Below, piece by piece: positions 22,124-31,614 of a stretch of DNA of 64,000 nt (its first letter is position 1; every line of letters starts with the position of its first letter). Made by a program: the position numbers and the translations under genes. The notes below the pieces were generated by a model that was given only the letters and a program-made list of their open reading frames with translations, made no database searches and had not been told where the DNA came from. The stretch comes from Escherichia phage fEgEco12: sequence record PP777464.1, one strand, 5' to 3'.

Positions 22124-22488
22124 GCCTTGATACAACCCGTGCAACAGATTTATTAACTCGTATGAATAATGAAGAATTTCTTGCTGAAATAAAGTACAAG
22201 CTTGAAAAACTGGCACGAAGTGCTGAAGTAATTGAAGTTGAAGGTCACTTACCAATGGACCAATTCCATACGTTCAACGAAGATATGGTTTATTATCCAA
22301 ATGAAATTTGGATTGAGTGGGAGTCATGGACTAACAAAACTCTACGCATTGAAGGTTATTGTGTGAATTATGAATCTGAACCTGGTGATGTTACAAAAAC
22401 TCTCTCCATTTGGTGTACAAAAACACATGAACTCGTTGAGGTGAATTTGAATTATATGAAAGGTTTCCGTTGGGGTGATGTTCAATGA
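22120..22488 (+). CDS. hypothetical protein
   Basis: 122-aa ORF. Confidence 0.55.
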   Translation: MSLDTTRATDLLTRMNNEEFLAEIKYKLEKLARSAEVIEVEGHLPMDQFHTFNEDMVYYPNEIWIEWESWTNKTLRIEGYCVNYESEPGDVTKTLSIWCTKTHELVEVNLNYMKGFRWGDVQ

Positions 22489-22760
22489 TTAAAAAACTAT
22501 TGACAGTTGTCTTTGTATTCTGTACAATGTTTCTTACAGCATGTAATGATGACGGCAGGTTTAGTGCAAAAGACTTAGTTCGTCAGGATTGTACATTCAC
22601 AGGTAAGTCTTTTATTAACGAGTATGAAATATGTACACAATCAGGTCGTATCTGTGGTGGTTGGGAAAAACGTCAGGAGCGATTGTATGTATATGAATGC
22701 CCTGGTCATCTCAACAAAGTACTAAGCACACACAAACTTGTTTATGATAAGGTTGAATAA
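22485..22760 (+). CDS. putative lipoprotein
   Basis: signal peptide with lipobox LTAC. Confidence 0.55.
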   Translation: MIKKLLTVVFVFCTMFLTACNDDGRFSAKDLVRQDCTFTGKSFINEYEICTQSGRICGGWEKRQERLYVYECPGHLNKVLSTHKLVYDKVE

Positions 22761-22975
22761 TGACTACCAATGAAATGATGCAGGTTATTTGGGATAAAGG
22801 TTGCGATCTTAAAATCACCAGTACTGATGTTCGTGTATTCAAAACTGAATATATGGAGTACTTGGACCTTGATACTTATAATAATATTGTATCAATTGAA
22901 CACAAAGGTGCAGTACTGGAAACAATTGACGTAGTACTGAAGAAAGCTACCGACCTATTAGGAGCGGCAGTGTGA
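22760..22975 (+). CDS. hypothetical protein
   Basis: 71-aa ORF. Confidence 0.5.
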   Translation: MTTNEMMQVIWDKGCDLKITSTDVRVFKTEYMEYLDLDTYNNIVSIEHKGAVLETIDVVLKKATDLLGAAV

Positions 22976-23128
22976 ATAACAAAGAGTGGGAAGAGTACCG
23001 TAAGAAGTGCAGGGAGTTTGATAAAGAACTAACTGGTACAGTGAATGCAGTAATGTGGGTATCTGTAATTATTGCAGTTCTTGCGTTGGGTGCTATTATT
23101 ATTAATAAATTATTCTAAGGCGAATATC

Positions 23129-23329
23129 ATGTTTACTTTATATCTCGCAGTAGTTCTCACCAATGGTGAAATCACTCGTACTATTGGTGAAGGTGTATAT
23201 AAAACACCAGACCAGTGCTACTCTGCTACTCATTGGCCTCGCGATAGTGGGGATGAAACACGCACTGAATTCAAATGCATGAAAGTAAAAGGTGATTTTG
23301 TTAACCTTAAGGTTATCGAGGCGAAATAA
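23129..23329 (+). CDS. small secreted or membrane protein
   Basis: internal ATG of track ORF 23072. Confidence 0.45.
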   Translation: MFTLYLAVVLTNGEITRTIGEGVYKTPDQCYSATHWPRDSGDETRTEFKCMKVKGDFVNLKVIEAK

Positions 23330-23844
23330 TGGATATTAATGAGTTGTTGATCTTATTGTTTAATCGTGGAAATGATGTAAGACGTTCTGAATATCAAGAC
23401 AAAATTCACATTGAAACTGATAAATGTTATGGTAAAACAACTCATGAGATTTTGAAGCCAAATGGCAAACGATATGCCGATGTATGTTTTCATGAACGAA
23501 GTGATGGTAGTGAAATAATCAGTACTGAAATTGTGTTTTATGATAGATCCTCGGCAGGTTCGTATGAAATAGAACTTATATATTGTCCTGGTTCAGAAAC
23601 ACACAATAAACGTCAGATATTATATGATGTTTATTCACCTCCAGGTGTAGCTGAATATTTTGTTATTGATTACAGTACTGAAGAAAGTGTGTTTCAACAG
23701 AGCTTGATTCATAACTTCCAGTTGAATGATCCAAATGTACCAAAGTTGTTCAAACTACTCGATACTATCGATGTTGATTTTGAATTTGTTATGTGCATTA
23801 GAACTTCCTTGATCGATGAATTTATGGAACTACTTAATATATGA
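23329..23844 (+). CDS. hypothetical protein, FQ[YQ]S motif family
   Basis: VFQQSLIHNF motif. Confidence 0.55.
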   Translation: MDINELLILLFNRGNDVRRSEYQDKIHIETDKCYGKTTHEILKPNGKRYADVCFHERSDGSEIISTEIVFYDRSSAGSYEIELIYCPGSETHNKRQILYDVYSPPGVAEYFVIDYSTEESVFQQSLIHNFQLNDPNVPKLFKLLDTIDVDFEFVMCIRTSLIDEFMELLNI

Positions 23845-24062
23845 ATCGTTACTACATTGTGTATGAGCATGTATCTGAGTTTAATAATGTACGTGGTTAT
23901 AAGAAAGAAGTACAGAAGATTGATGTATTTGTTCGTGCATTAAGTCCAACACATGCACTATTTAAATTGTTTGATGAAGTAACTAAGTACAACACACCAA
24001 AAACACAACGCTATATTGAAACAGTACATAGTGTAATACTCACTGAATATGATGGAGAATGA
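23841..24062 (+). CDS. hypothetical protein
   Basis: 73-aa ORF. Confidence 0.5.
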   Translation: MNRYYIVYEHVSEFNNVRGYKKEVQKIDVFVRALSPTHALFKLFDEVTKYNTPKTQRYIETVHSVILTEYDGE

Positions 24063-24065
24063 CAA

Positions 24066-24284
24066 ATGAATTTATATCTAGTTGAAGGGTCAGTACAAGT
24101 ATCCAAGCAAGACGGAGAAGGGTATCGTTTTTCACATGTAGAATATTTTAAGTACGTAGTAAAGGCCGATGGTCAGTACGACGCAGAAATTCAGGTTGAA
24201 GAATCATTCCGTAAGAAGAATGATATTGGTAAATTTGAATACCAAGACTTACAATTCACTGTATGGCCTAGCATTAATGACTAA
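24066..24284 (+). CDS. hypothetical protein
   Basis: 72-aa ORF. Confidence 0.5.
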   Translation: MNLYLVEGSVQVSKQDGEGYRFSHVEYFKYVVKADGQYDAEIQVEESFRKKNDIGKFEYQDLQFTVWPSIND

Positions 24285-24285
24285 G

Positions 24286-24492
24286 ATGTGGTGGTGTCAT
24301 GGTGTCTACAATGTCTATGAATATGGTAGATTCAAAATGAGCAGTACCTATGCCAGACGTGTTAATGCGAAAACCCAAGTTGATGCTGCTTGTGAGATTG
24401 TAGAGTGGTATGCAGAGTTCAATGCAATTGAATATATGTACGAAATAGTTACAATAAATGTTGTACAAATTGACACGTCTTTGATACAATAA
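24286..24492 (+). CDS. hypothetical protein
   Basis: ATG just after upstream stop. Confidence 0.4.
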   Translation: MWWCHGVYNVYEYGRFKMSSTYARRVNAKTQVDAACEIVEWYAEFNAIEYMYEIVTINVVQIDTSLIQ

Positions 24493-24525
24493 CTACATCA
24501 AAAAACAACTGCAACTGAGGATACT

Positions 24526-25188
24526 ATGTTAGTAAATCTTAATTTCATCACTTCTCCTGATTGGGCATTGCGTGGTGTTTCTTTGAACTTTAAAGAAACT
24601 AATTTCGACTACATTGGTGATTGTACTTTAGTTAATGCTACATTTGATCCTCATCATCCTTTTTGGGCTGAAATTCATGATCCTAATGTAAACAATAGTA
24701 CATCTGTTATGACTATTGTACAGACGAAACATACAGGTATCCTCGCAGGTTACAGACCAGGACATGCGATTGAACACTTCACTGATTATGATGTAGTAGA
24801 TGAGTATCCAATGATCCATGAAGATGGAAGTTTATACACGTCAGAAGACTTCCGTGCTATCTTTAATAGTACTGATGACATTCTACCAAGTGGTCGTCCA
24901 CGCCCTGAGTCTTATCTTATGCACCCGTCTTATGGTGTAGCAGATACGCTTGAACAGATTTTGACGAAGTACAAGAACCTTATTGAAGGTCCAGAAGAAA
25001 TTGTCTTGTGCTATCATCCAGTACTGAAGTCTGACCAACCAGAGAGTGGTGGGTGGCGTTGGCATAAGAATGGTGAGTACATCGGTACTAAGCGTAGTAA
25101 AGAACGCTTTGAGTACTTGTATGATGAGCCAGATGTTGAGGTTGTTTTATGTTATAATTTTCTTAAGGTGAAAAAGAAATGTATCTAG
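24526..25188 (+). CDS. hypothetical protein
   Basis: 220-aa ORF. Confidence 0.6.
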   Translation: MLVNLNFITSPDWALRGVSLNFKETNFDYIGDCTLVNATFDPHHPFWAEIHDPNVNNSTSVMTIVQTKHTGILAGYRPGHAIEHFTDYDVVDEYPMIHEDGSLYTSEDFRAIFNSTDDILPSGRPRPESYLMHPSYGVADTLEQILTKYKNLIEGPEEIVLCYHPVLKSDQPESGGWRWHKNGEYIGTKRSKERFEYLYDEPDVEVVLCYNFLKVKKKCI

Positions 25189-25421
25189 TATTGAGTTTTG
25201 TAGTTGCATTATTGTTTATGTTCTACCCTACACTAGTAGCAGTAGCCACTAAACGAAAGCTGGTGGATATCACTACTGTATTCTTGCTAAACGTGGCACT
25301 CGTTCTAGTGTCTATTATCATTCCCGTGAGCTTTACGGTTATTGATATGGCATCTGTATTACTATTCGTCTTCAGTTATCTTATGCTTATTGAAGAAAAA
25401 CCTGTTGACAAACGTTTGTAG
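25179..25421 (+). CDS. small membrane protein
   Basis: 80 aa, two hydrophobic segments. Confidence 0.5.
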   Translation: MYLVLSFVVALLFMFYPTLVAVATKRKLVDITTVFLLNVALVLVSIIIPVSFTVIDMASVLLFVFSYLMLIEEKPVDKRL

Positions 25422-25432
25422 TACTGTATAAT
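25405..25432 (+). promoter_or_regulatory. early promoter TTGACA-N16-TATAAT with extended -10 TG
   Basis: TTGACA 25405-25410, TGTATAAT 25425-25432. Confidence 0.55.
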
Positions 25433-25479
25433 GGTTCTTGTAGTCTGAAACTTAACACTTAAACTTGAGGATATAAAAC

Positions 25480-25806
25480 ATGTTATCAGTTCTAATTTCA
25501 ATTCCTGCTCTAATTCTTTTATGGGTTATGGTTTTCGAATTCTTCATTAAAGACGAAACCGAGCGTGATGAGTTTCGTGAGTTGTTTATGTTAGACTCAC
25601 CCATTGCACGAATCTTCTTCGTTGTAGTACTTATTTCAGTACTGTCATGGTTAGTAAGTTTTGTATTACCAATTGGACCATTTGTTTCAATTATGAATTT
25701 AGTTGAGAACATTGTTGGTATTGTGTGGTTTACTAATGCATTGTTTGCTGGTAAAGTTTCCATTTGGTTTGATATCTTGAAAGATAAACTAACTAGTAAG
25801 AAGTAA
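25480..25806 (+). CDS. membrane protein
   Basis: 108 aa, three hydrophobic segments. Confidence 0.5.
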   Translation: MLSVLISIPALILLWVMVFEFFIKDETERDEFRELFMLDSPIARIFFVVVLISVLSWLVSFVLPIGPFVSIMNLVENIVGIVWFTNALFAGKVSIWFDILKDKLTSKK

Positions 25807-25884
25807 CGTTCAAAAAGTCTCTAATAGTATTAAATACTTCTGTACAAATAATATGTGCAGAAGTATTACTCGTTAGAGGTTATA

Positions 25885-26250
25885 ATGAAAAAATATATAA
25901 GAATGATAATGGTGTTTGTAGTATTCATGCTTTATTCAAGGTTCAGTACAGCCGTACCTGCTTACCTTGATTGTATGGGAAACGATGGAACATGGCATGT
26001 ACTTTCTAATGACCCACAAAATGGAAACAATATTGTCGTAGATAATGAGGTTTACCGTTTCAGGGCCGAGAGTTTGATTGGGAATAAAAAGGTATCGACA
26101 TATAAATCAGATGCTGGTATAATAGCAAATGTAATATTGATAGTGGACCCCAAGACAAAGGATGGGGATATTTACATAGTCATTTATCAAGATTCGTCGA
26201 ACAAACGCGATCAGGATATTGATAAATTGAATATTCATTGTGAACTTTAA
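25885..26250 (+). CDS. secreted protein (signal peptide)
   Basis: internal ATG; hydrophobic N-terminus. Confidence 0.5.
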   Translation: MKKYIRMIMVFVVFMLYSRFSTAVPAYLDCMGNDGTWHVLSNDPQNGNNIVVDNEVYRFRAESLIGNKKVSTYKSDAGIIANVILIVDPKTKDGDIYIVIYQDSSNKRDQDIDKLNIHCEL

Positions 26251-26260
26251 GGTATAACAA

Positions 26261-26644
26261 ATGATAAACGATGTAATGCTTTATGTATTAATTACTCCGA
26301 TTCTTATTAACTCAGTAATAACTATTTCAATGGCATTATTTGGTATAGTAGCAATTGTTTATGCTGTTAGTACTGGGAAGTATACTTTAATTAGTAAGGT
26401 TGATTCATGGTTCGCATCTGATAGTGTACCATATTCAGCTAGTATGATTACGATTGGTATTCTAATCGTTGCATTTACACTGCACTGTATTGGTTTTATT
26501 AATACAAGTATTTTTTCAGTTTTTATTGGTCTATCATTATATCCATCACTTTGGTACTTGATTTATGTAATCGATGTTTGGTATAATAACTACAAGCAGT
26601 ACAAAGTGAAGAAATCCATTTTATCCAAAGGAAACAAATCATGA
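26261..26644 (+). CDS. membrane protein
   Basis: 127 aa, multiple hydrophobic segments. Confidence 0.5.
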   Translation: MINDVMLYVLITPILINSVITISMALFGIVAIVYAVSTGKYTLISKVDSWFASDSVPYSASMITIGILIVAFTLHCIGFINTSIFSVFIGLSLYPSLWYLIYVIDVWYNNYKQYKVKKSILSKGNKS

Positions 26645-26991
26645 AAGTAATTTTGTTTTTTGTTTGTATGATTATATGTGGTATGTCTTATGCAGAACCA
26701 TTACCTGGACTAGTCTGTACTGAAGGTGATATTAAACACATTTACCAAGGTGATAGCGATGACCATACTATCGTTTATATCGATGGTGAAGTGTATAATT
26801 TTGTTAAAGAACATACTGTAGGTGACATTAGTTTTACGCAGTACTCGAATGATACTGATCCCAATATGCTTGCATTTCTTCAAGTTGATGTATATGAAGA
26901 AAGTAATGGCGAACAGTATGTTAAACTTGTGATGATGCGTAAGGCAGCAAAACAGGCAACATTCGGTGGCTTGTGTAAATATGAGGACTAA
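26641..26991 (+). CDS. secreted protein (signal peptide)
   Basis: 116 aa, N-terminal hydrophobic stretch then YAEP. Confidence 0.5.
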   Translation: MKVILFFVCMIICGMSYAEPLPGLVCTEGDIKHIYQGDSDDHTIVYIDGEVYNFVKEHTVGDISFTQYSNDTDPNMLAFLQVDVYEESNGEQYVKLVMMRKAAKQATFGGLCKYED

Positions 26992-26995
26992 ACAT

Positions 26996-27187
26996 ATGTT
27001 GATTTATCAATGTGGTAACATTCGTGTTATGCAGCATCCCTACTTACAAATCTTTGATGTGCAGCAGTATATGGAAGGTGATGATCCAAGAACCTATGGT
27101 CGTAAGTATGATTACTTCACTGTAAAGCAGTGTCATAACATCAAAGAAGTACGACAATTAGTTCAAGAACTTCAAAATAAAGGTTGA
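26996..27187 (+). CDS. hypothetical small protein
   Basis: internal ATG of track ORF 26966. Confidence 0.4.
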   Translation: MLIYQCGNIRVMQHPYLQIFDVQQYMEGDDPRTYGRKYDYFTVKQCHNIKEVRQLVQELQNKG

Positions 27188-27213
27188 CTTCGGTCAACCT
27201 TTTTTGTTATAAT
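27181..27213 (+). promoter_or_regulatory. fused terminator hairpin plus early promoter (PeSL-like cassette)
   Basis: AGGTTGAC-TTCG-GTCAACCT then T-run; TTGACT inside stem, TATAAT 18 nt downstream. Confidence 0.65.
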
Positions 27214-27242
27214 TATTTCATCAACTACTGGGGATTTTAATT

Positions 27243-27683
27243 ATGTACGTATATCGTTTTGAACTTAAATTCAGTTATATTGAACCTAACTTAGATCCAG
27301 CAAAAACAGTAGGGCCGTTCGCACGGTACTCTTCACGATACAGTACTAAAAATGGATTTGACCGTTTGTGCATGACCACGCCTTCGCAATTCCAACCAGA
27401 ACCAACTGAAGATGGAATCTATTCAATCAAACGTGGCTGGGCATTTGGCTGTCAGAGTTTGAATGATTTGTTTAAGTTCTTTACTATGGACTTGGGTAAA
27501 TTACATCGTGCAGGGTTTGCTGTATCAGTATATGAAGTTCCTGATAATCATGTTGACATTGGTCGTAGTCAAGTTCAGTACTATTGTGGTAGTGCCAATC
27601 TGGTTCGTATCATGTCAGTGAGAGAAGCAAAGGATGAGTACCGCCAAAGTAAAAGAGTAATACATGAGGCTGTATATGGATAA
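27243..27683 (+). CDS. hypothetical protein
   Basis: 146-aa ORF. Confidence 0.55.
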   Translation: MYVYRFELKFSYIEPNLDPAKTVGPFARYSSRYSTKNGFDRLCMTTPSQFQPEPTEDGIYSIKRGWAFGCQSLNDLFKFFTMDLGKLHRAGFAVSVYEVPDNHVDIGRSQVQYYCGSANLVRIMSVREAKDEYRQSKRVIHEAVYG

Positions 27684-28020
27684 GACACAAATAGAATTAA
27701 AAAAATTTGTATCGTTTTATCTACCCAATGACCCACGTTGTACACAATATGATGTTGCATATTACAATGCATTGACTACACAGTTAATGAAGAAATTCAA
27801 ACAGTGTTTGACTGTATTCAATGATGATGGTAGACGTAGATATAGAATCATTCCAATGAATGATGAAAACGATAACTACTTTGACTTTGATGTTGTTTTT
27901 CGAGCATACAATGATGATAGAATAAAATTAAATTATGAGCAAATAATGCTTGACCTGAGTGTTATCTGTGTTATAATTACTCACATAGCCGAACTTGATG
28001 GTTTAAAAGAATGGTATTAA
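27676..28020 (+). CDS. hypothetical protein
   Basis: internal ATG of track ORF 27664. Confidence 0.5.
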   Translation: MDKTQIELKKFVSFYLPNDPRCTQYDVAYYNALTTQLMKKFKQCLTVFNDDGRRRYRIIPMNDENDNYFDFDVVFRAYNDDRIKLNYEQIMLDLSVICVIITHIAELDGLKEWY

Positions 28021-28034
28021 CTTAGAGGATAATC

Positions 28035-28301
28035 ATGAAGCTTAAATTACAATACAATGGTTTTACTTTGCGTAACGACACTGAGTTTGTCAATCGTTCA
28101 CCAGGTGCTGAGTTGTTTTTGCGAGAGATGAACATTCCTTTCGTCATCACTACTGTTGGTGACCGTGAAGTGCTACAATACGCAGAGCATCCAGTTATTG
28201 ATGTTCCGTGGTATTCTGAGCATATGTATATGGATATGGCCCGTCGCTACGACTGTAAGTTCGTAGTTGAAGGTGATAAAATTACAGTCCAATTCAAATA
28301 A
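28035..28301 (+). CDS. hypothetical protein
   Basis: 88-aa ORF. Confidence 0.5.
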   Translation: MKLKLQYNGFTLRNDTEFVNRSPGAELFLREMNIPFVITTVGDREVLQYAEHPVIDVPWYSEHMYMDMARRYDCKFVVEGDKITVQFK

Positions 28302-28312
28302 GGTAACTTAAA

Positions 28313-28606
28313 ATGATCAGTACTTCAGTAAATGCAAGCATCGTGGCAGACGTAGAAATGGTTAAAGAATGTACAGACGAAACCCTTCGCAACATGTACA
28401 TCAATGATTTGATTTCAGAGTACGGAAGTCGTGGTGTTCATGAGTTTGTTCGCCTAAGCGGTGAATTGATGAAGAATCGCATTCGTATGAAGCTTAATGT
28501 GCATCCAAAAGCATGGGCGTTTACAATGAAGTACGCTGAAGATATTGTTGAGTTGCGTCGCAATGATGTGTATAATCGTTTACACAATGGTACATTAAAG
28601 GACTAA
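28313..28606 (+). CDS. hypothetical protein
   Basis: 97-aa ORF. Confidence 0.5.
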   Translation: MISTSVNASIVADVEMVKECTDETLRNMYINDLISEYGSRGVHEFVRLSGELMKNRIRMKLNVHPKAWAFTMKYAEDIVELRRNDVYNRLHNGTLKD

Positions 28607-28656
28607 ATTATAGGAATCCGTAAAAGGATTCCTGTTCTTGTTTGTAAGGTAATAAA

Positions 28657-28881
28657 ATGAAATATCTAGTACTAGTACTGCTATTCTTGAGTACTGTTGT
28701 ATGTGCTAAACCAAAGTATCATGTAGTGTGTATCAACGAGATGGAAGGATATACTGAAACATATAAGAACCATATTGTTGAAGTTGCAGCCCAAGGTTCC
28801 TATGGGACCATCATCTTCCTTAAGAACAATGTGATTGTTCAGTACAAAAAAGATTCAAATTGTAAAGTGACTAAAAATTGA
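28657..28881 (+). CDS. secreted protein (signal peptide)
   Basis: 74 aa, hydrophobic N-terminus. Confidence 0.5.
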   Translation: MKYLVLVLLFLSTVVCAKPKYHVVCINEMEGYTETYKNHIVEVAAQGSYGTIIFLKNNVIVQYKKDSNCKVTKN

Positions 28882-28951
28882 TCTAGATCATTTTTTCAGA
28901 TATTCTCTGTAAATAATAGCAGTACAGAACATTATTTTACGGAGGTGTAAT

Positions 28952-29188
28952 ATGGAAACTATAATCATCATATGTGCGTTGTTTGCATTTTTGGTAATGT
29001 GGTCACCAACATTCATTGCATATAAAATGAAAAATAAAAATGCAGAAGCAATTATGTACGTAAACTTATGTTGCATACTAACTTATGGAATACTTTTATT
29101 CTTTACTGAATTTACATTAATCCCAGTAGTAGTTTGTTCATCAATGTTTATTTGGTTGTTTCTGCTTTATGAATCTATTAAAAAATAA
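28952..29188 (+). CDS. small membrane protein
   Basis: 78 aa, three hydrophobic segments. Confidence 0.45.
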   Translation: METIIIICALFAFLVMWSPTFIAYKMKNKNAEAIMYVNLCCILTYGILLFFTEFTLIPVVVCSSMFIWLFLLYESIKK

Positions 29189-29242
29189 AAGATATAGGGT
29201 TGGTAATATGCCATCCCTTTTACTTTATGTGGGGTTTAATTA

Positions 29243-29815
29243 ATGAATAGAAAAGGTAAGTTCAAAGTATCAAAGAAGAACAAAAGTTCTAGATTTAGAC
29301 CTATAACTTTAACTTTTAAGGCTAAAGAAGAATTAACTGCACTTAGTAAAAAGATAATTTCATCTAAGATTAAAGTATCATACGTAAATTCGTTAAAATT
29401 TCAGAAGGTTAAACCACAAGACAAACTCATTTCACTTATATTTGAACGTAATGATTTTGAGATATTAGTAGATGATTATAGAGCCTATAATGCTGGATTC
29501 ATCCATGTCACTTGTAATACCGAACTAACTGAGTTGGAACATTTGACATGTATCATAAGTGTAGATAACGGTGTGGTGAAGTACAAATTTTTACATTTTA
29601 CCAATATCAATAATGGAATGGGTGTACAATCCAGAACTATAGTACCTACATGTGATGTGACTAATTTAGCAAAGCTCAATGAAGAAGAATATTTTCAAGA
29701 AAGCATTGTAACTGAGCATTTAGATGCTATAATAGCAACTTACAAAGAATGCATATGGGTTTTGAATGCGATAAAGCCCAAATTGTGTTTAATGAATGTC
29801 GTTCGTGATTTATAA
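29243..29815 (+). CDS. hypothetical protein
   Basis: 190-aa ORF. Confidence 0.55.
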   Translation: MNRKGKFKVSKKNKSSRFRPITLTFKAKEELTALSKKIISSKIKVSYVNSLKFQKVKPQDKLISLIFERNDFEILVDDYRAYNAGFIHVTCNTELTELEHLTCIISVDNGVVKYKFLHFTNINNGMGVQSRTIVPTCDVTNLAKLNEEEYFQESIVTEHLDAIIATYKECIWVLNAIKPKLCLMNVVRDL

Positions 29816-29828
29816 CTGGAGATGTAGT

Positions 29829-30272
29829 ATGGGTTGGATTAACGTTAATAGCATTGAGCTAAATGAGCAAGACATATTTGCCTTTGTTAATTTGGTAGAG
29901 AACATTGCTATTAAAGGTCGTCTGTTTAGTTCATCGGACGGTAAAAAATGGATCTCTCTTATGAACGACAATGGCGAGATTTATGACGTTATGCAACTAC
30001 CTCATTGGGCTTATAAGAATACATCTGATGATGTGATGGCTGCTGTTATGCGTGAGTTTGAGAAGCTGCCAGGTGGTGATATTAAGAACATCGTATTCAA
30101 TGCAGAACGCATGAACTACACACCAGAGCAGCTTCAACAGTTGGCAATTGCTGCCTATCAAGCTGCCATTAAGAAACCTGAATGTGTGATATTAAAGTAC
30201 ACACCGGACTTGAAGTTAACACTAGAAGATATGGATTCCTTTATCTTCAGTTCAGAACTTAAACAGTACTGA
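29829..30272 (+). CDS. hypothetical protein
   Basis: internal ATG after GGAG. Confidence 0.5.
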   Translation: MGWINVNSIELNEQDIFAFVNLVENIAIKGRLFSSSDGKKWISLMNDNGEIYDVMQLPHWAYKNTSDDVMAAVMREFEKLPGGDIKNIVFNAERMNYTPEQLQQLAIAAYQAAIKKPECVILKYTPDLKLTLEDMDSFIFSSELKQY

Positions 30273-30383
30273 TTTGACTTTGGGACAACCATTTCTTACG
30301 TGATATAATCTTAAGTGTCTGTAGAAATAAACAGCACATGAAGTATAAATATTAAAGTAATTTATCTCTTTAAGGAGTATGAA

Positions 30384-30767
30384 ATGGTTGATAAATGGAA
30401 TAAGAAAGATCCATCGCATGATGTGGATATTTCTGGAATTGATAATGCACATAAGCATAAGTATCTTGATTCACTAGGTCTACTAAAGCCTGACCAAAGT
30501 CTTGCACATGATCGTCCTTCACGTGAAAAAGCTTTCAGTCTAGAATCACTAGGTCATGAATTGAATCGTGTATTTGAAGATCATCCAATTTATGTACGTG
30601 ATATCATTGAGAAACTTAAAGTGACTCCTAAAGAGCACTTCAAGGCAACAGTACACGCAGCATTCCGTGCACTACATGAAGCACTAAAGAAAACTCATAA
30701 CCTTCGTAAGATTCATGATGATATCGTGAACTCTATTGAAGGTGAAAAACATAAGTTTAAAAAATAA
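30384..30767 (+). CDS. hypothetical protein
   Basis: 127 aa; shares SLGLL motif with 31615 ORF. Confidence 0.55.
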   Translation: MVDKWNKKDPSHDVDISGIDNAHKHKYLDSLGLLKPDQSLAHDRPSREKAFSLESLGHELNRVFEDHPIYVRDIIEKLKVTPKEHFKATVHAAFRALHEALKKTHNLRKIHDDIVNSIEGEKHKFKK

Positions 30768-30773
30768 TTAAAA

Positions 30774-30807
30774 GGGGTTGACTTCAGTCAGCCCTTTGTC
30801 GTATAAT
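30774..30807 (+). promoter_or_regulatory. fused terminator hairpin plus early promoter (PeSL-like cassette)
   Basis: GGGGTTGAC-TTCA-GTCAGCCC; TATAAT 30802-30807. Confidence 0.6.
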
Positions 30808-30976
30808 ATTTTCATCAAGTGATACAAAATACAAACAACGTGAGGTATTAAATTATGCAAGGTACTAAATTCATCATCGCTGCCCTAATCGCTGCTGTTG
30901 TAGTGGGTACAGTATGTTATTCAATTGACACCTATATCAATACACCTAGTGTTGAACAAACCAAATAAGGGATATC

Positions 30977-31240
30977 ATGGCTGAAACATTATCACTATAT
31001 GCGTTAGTACTGTTATTTGTCGGATTTCTTCCCGCACTCATTACAGCCATTCGTGTTGTTAAACATGAAGCTGCATTGATTGTATGTAGTATTGGGTCGA
31101 ACATTCTATTGTATTTCTTTTTGACAAATACTATTGTACTGTTTGCTTTCTTTATCATGATTCTGTGGGTACTTGTAATTCTCGGATTCTTCATTTGGTC
31201 ATTGGTTGATCCTAAGAAAAAAACAGGAGAAGTGAAATGA
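30977..31240 (+). CDS. membrane protein
   Basis: 87 aa, three hydrophobic segments. Confidence 0.5.
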   Translation: MAETLSLYALVLLFVGFLPALITAIRVVKHEAALIVCSIGSNILLYFFLTNTIVLFAFFIMILWVLVILGFFIWSLVDPKKKTGEVK

Positions 31241-31533
31241 AATTAATTATTGTAATGATGATGTGTTTGGCTTTCCCAGTACTGGCTACTCCTAATCTGG
31301 ACTGCACACTGTTGCGTTCAGATGGTGACACACTTGAAATCAACACATATGAACTCTTTGGTCCAAGTGTAGTGGAGAATGAAACCACCTACAATTTCAA
31401 AGCTATTGACTTTGAAGGTAATGTTCCAGTACTAACTACAATGACTATTGACAAAACTACTTTGCTCGGACGAATCACCACACAACGCGGAGAAAGTAAA
31501 ACATTCACAGCGAAAGCTGACTGTAACTACTAA
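31237..31533 (+). CDS. secreted protein (signal peptide)
   Basis: 98 aa, hydrophobic N-terminus then LATP. Confidence 0.5.
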   Translation: MKLIIVMMMCLAFPVLATPNLDCTLLRSDGDTLEINTYELFGPSVVENETTYNFKAIDFEGNVPVLTTMTIDKTTLLGRITTQRGESKTFTAKADCNY

Positions 31534-31555
31534 TGGTATAGTACAGTGAAAATAG

Positions 31556-31586
31556 GGTTGACTTCGGTCAACCTTTTCTTTATACT
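31556..31586 (+). promoter_or_regulatory. fused terminator hairpin plus promoter (PeSL-like), -10 TATACT
   Basis: GGGTTGAC-TTCG-GTCAACC. Confidence 0.55.
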
Positions 31587-31614
31587 ATAAATATAGTCAT
31601 AGAGAATAAACAAT

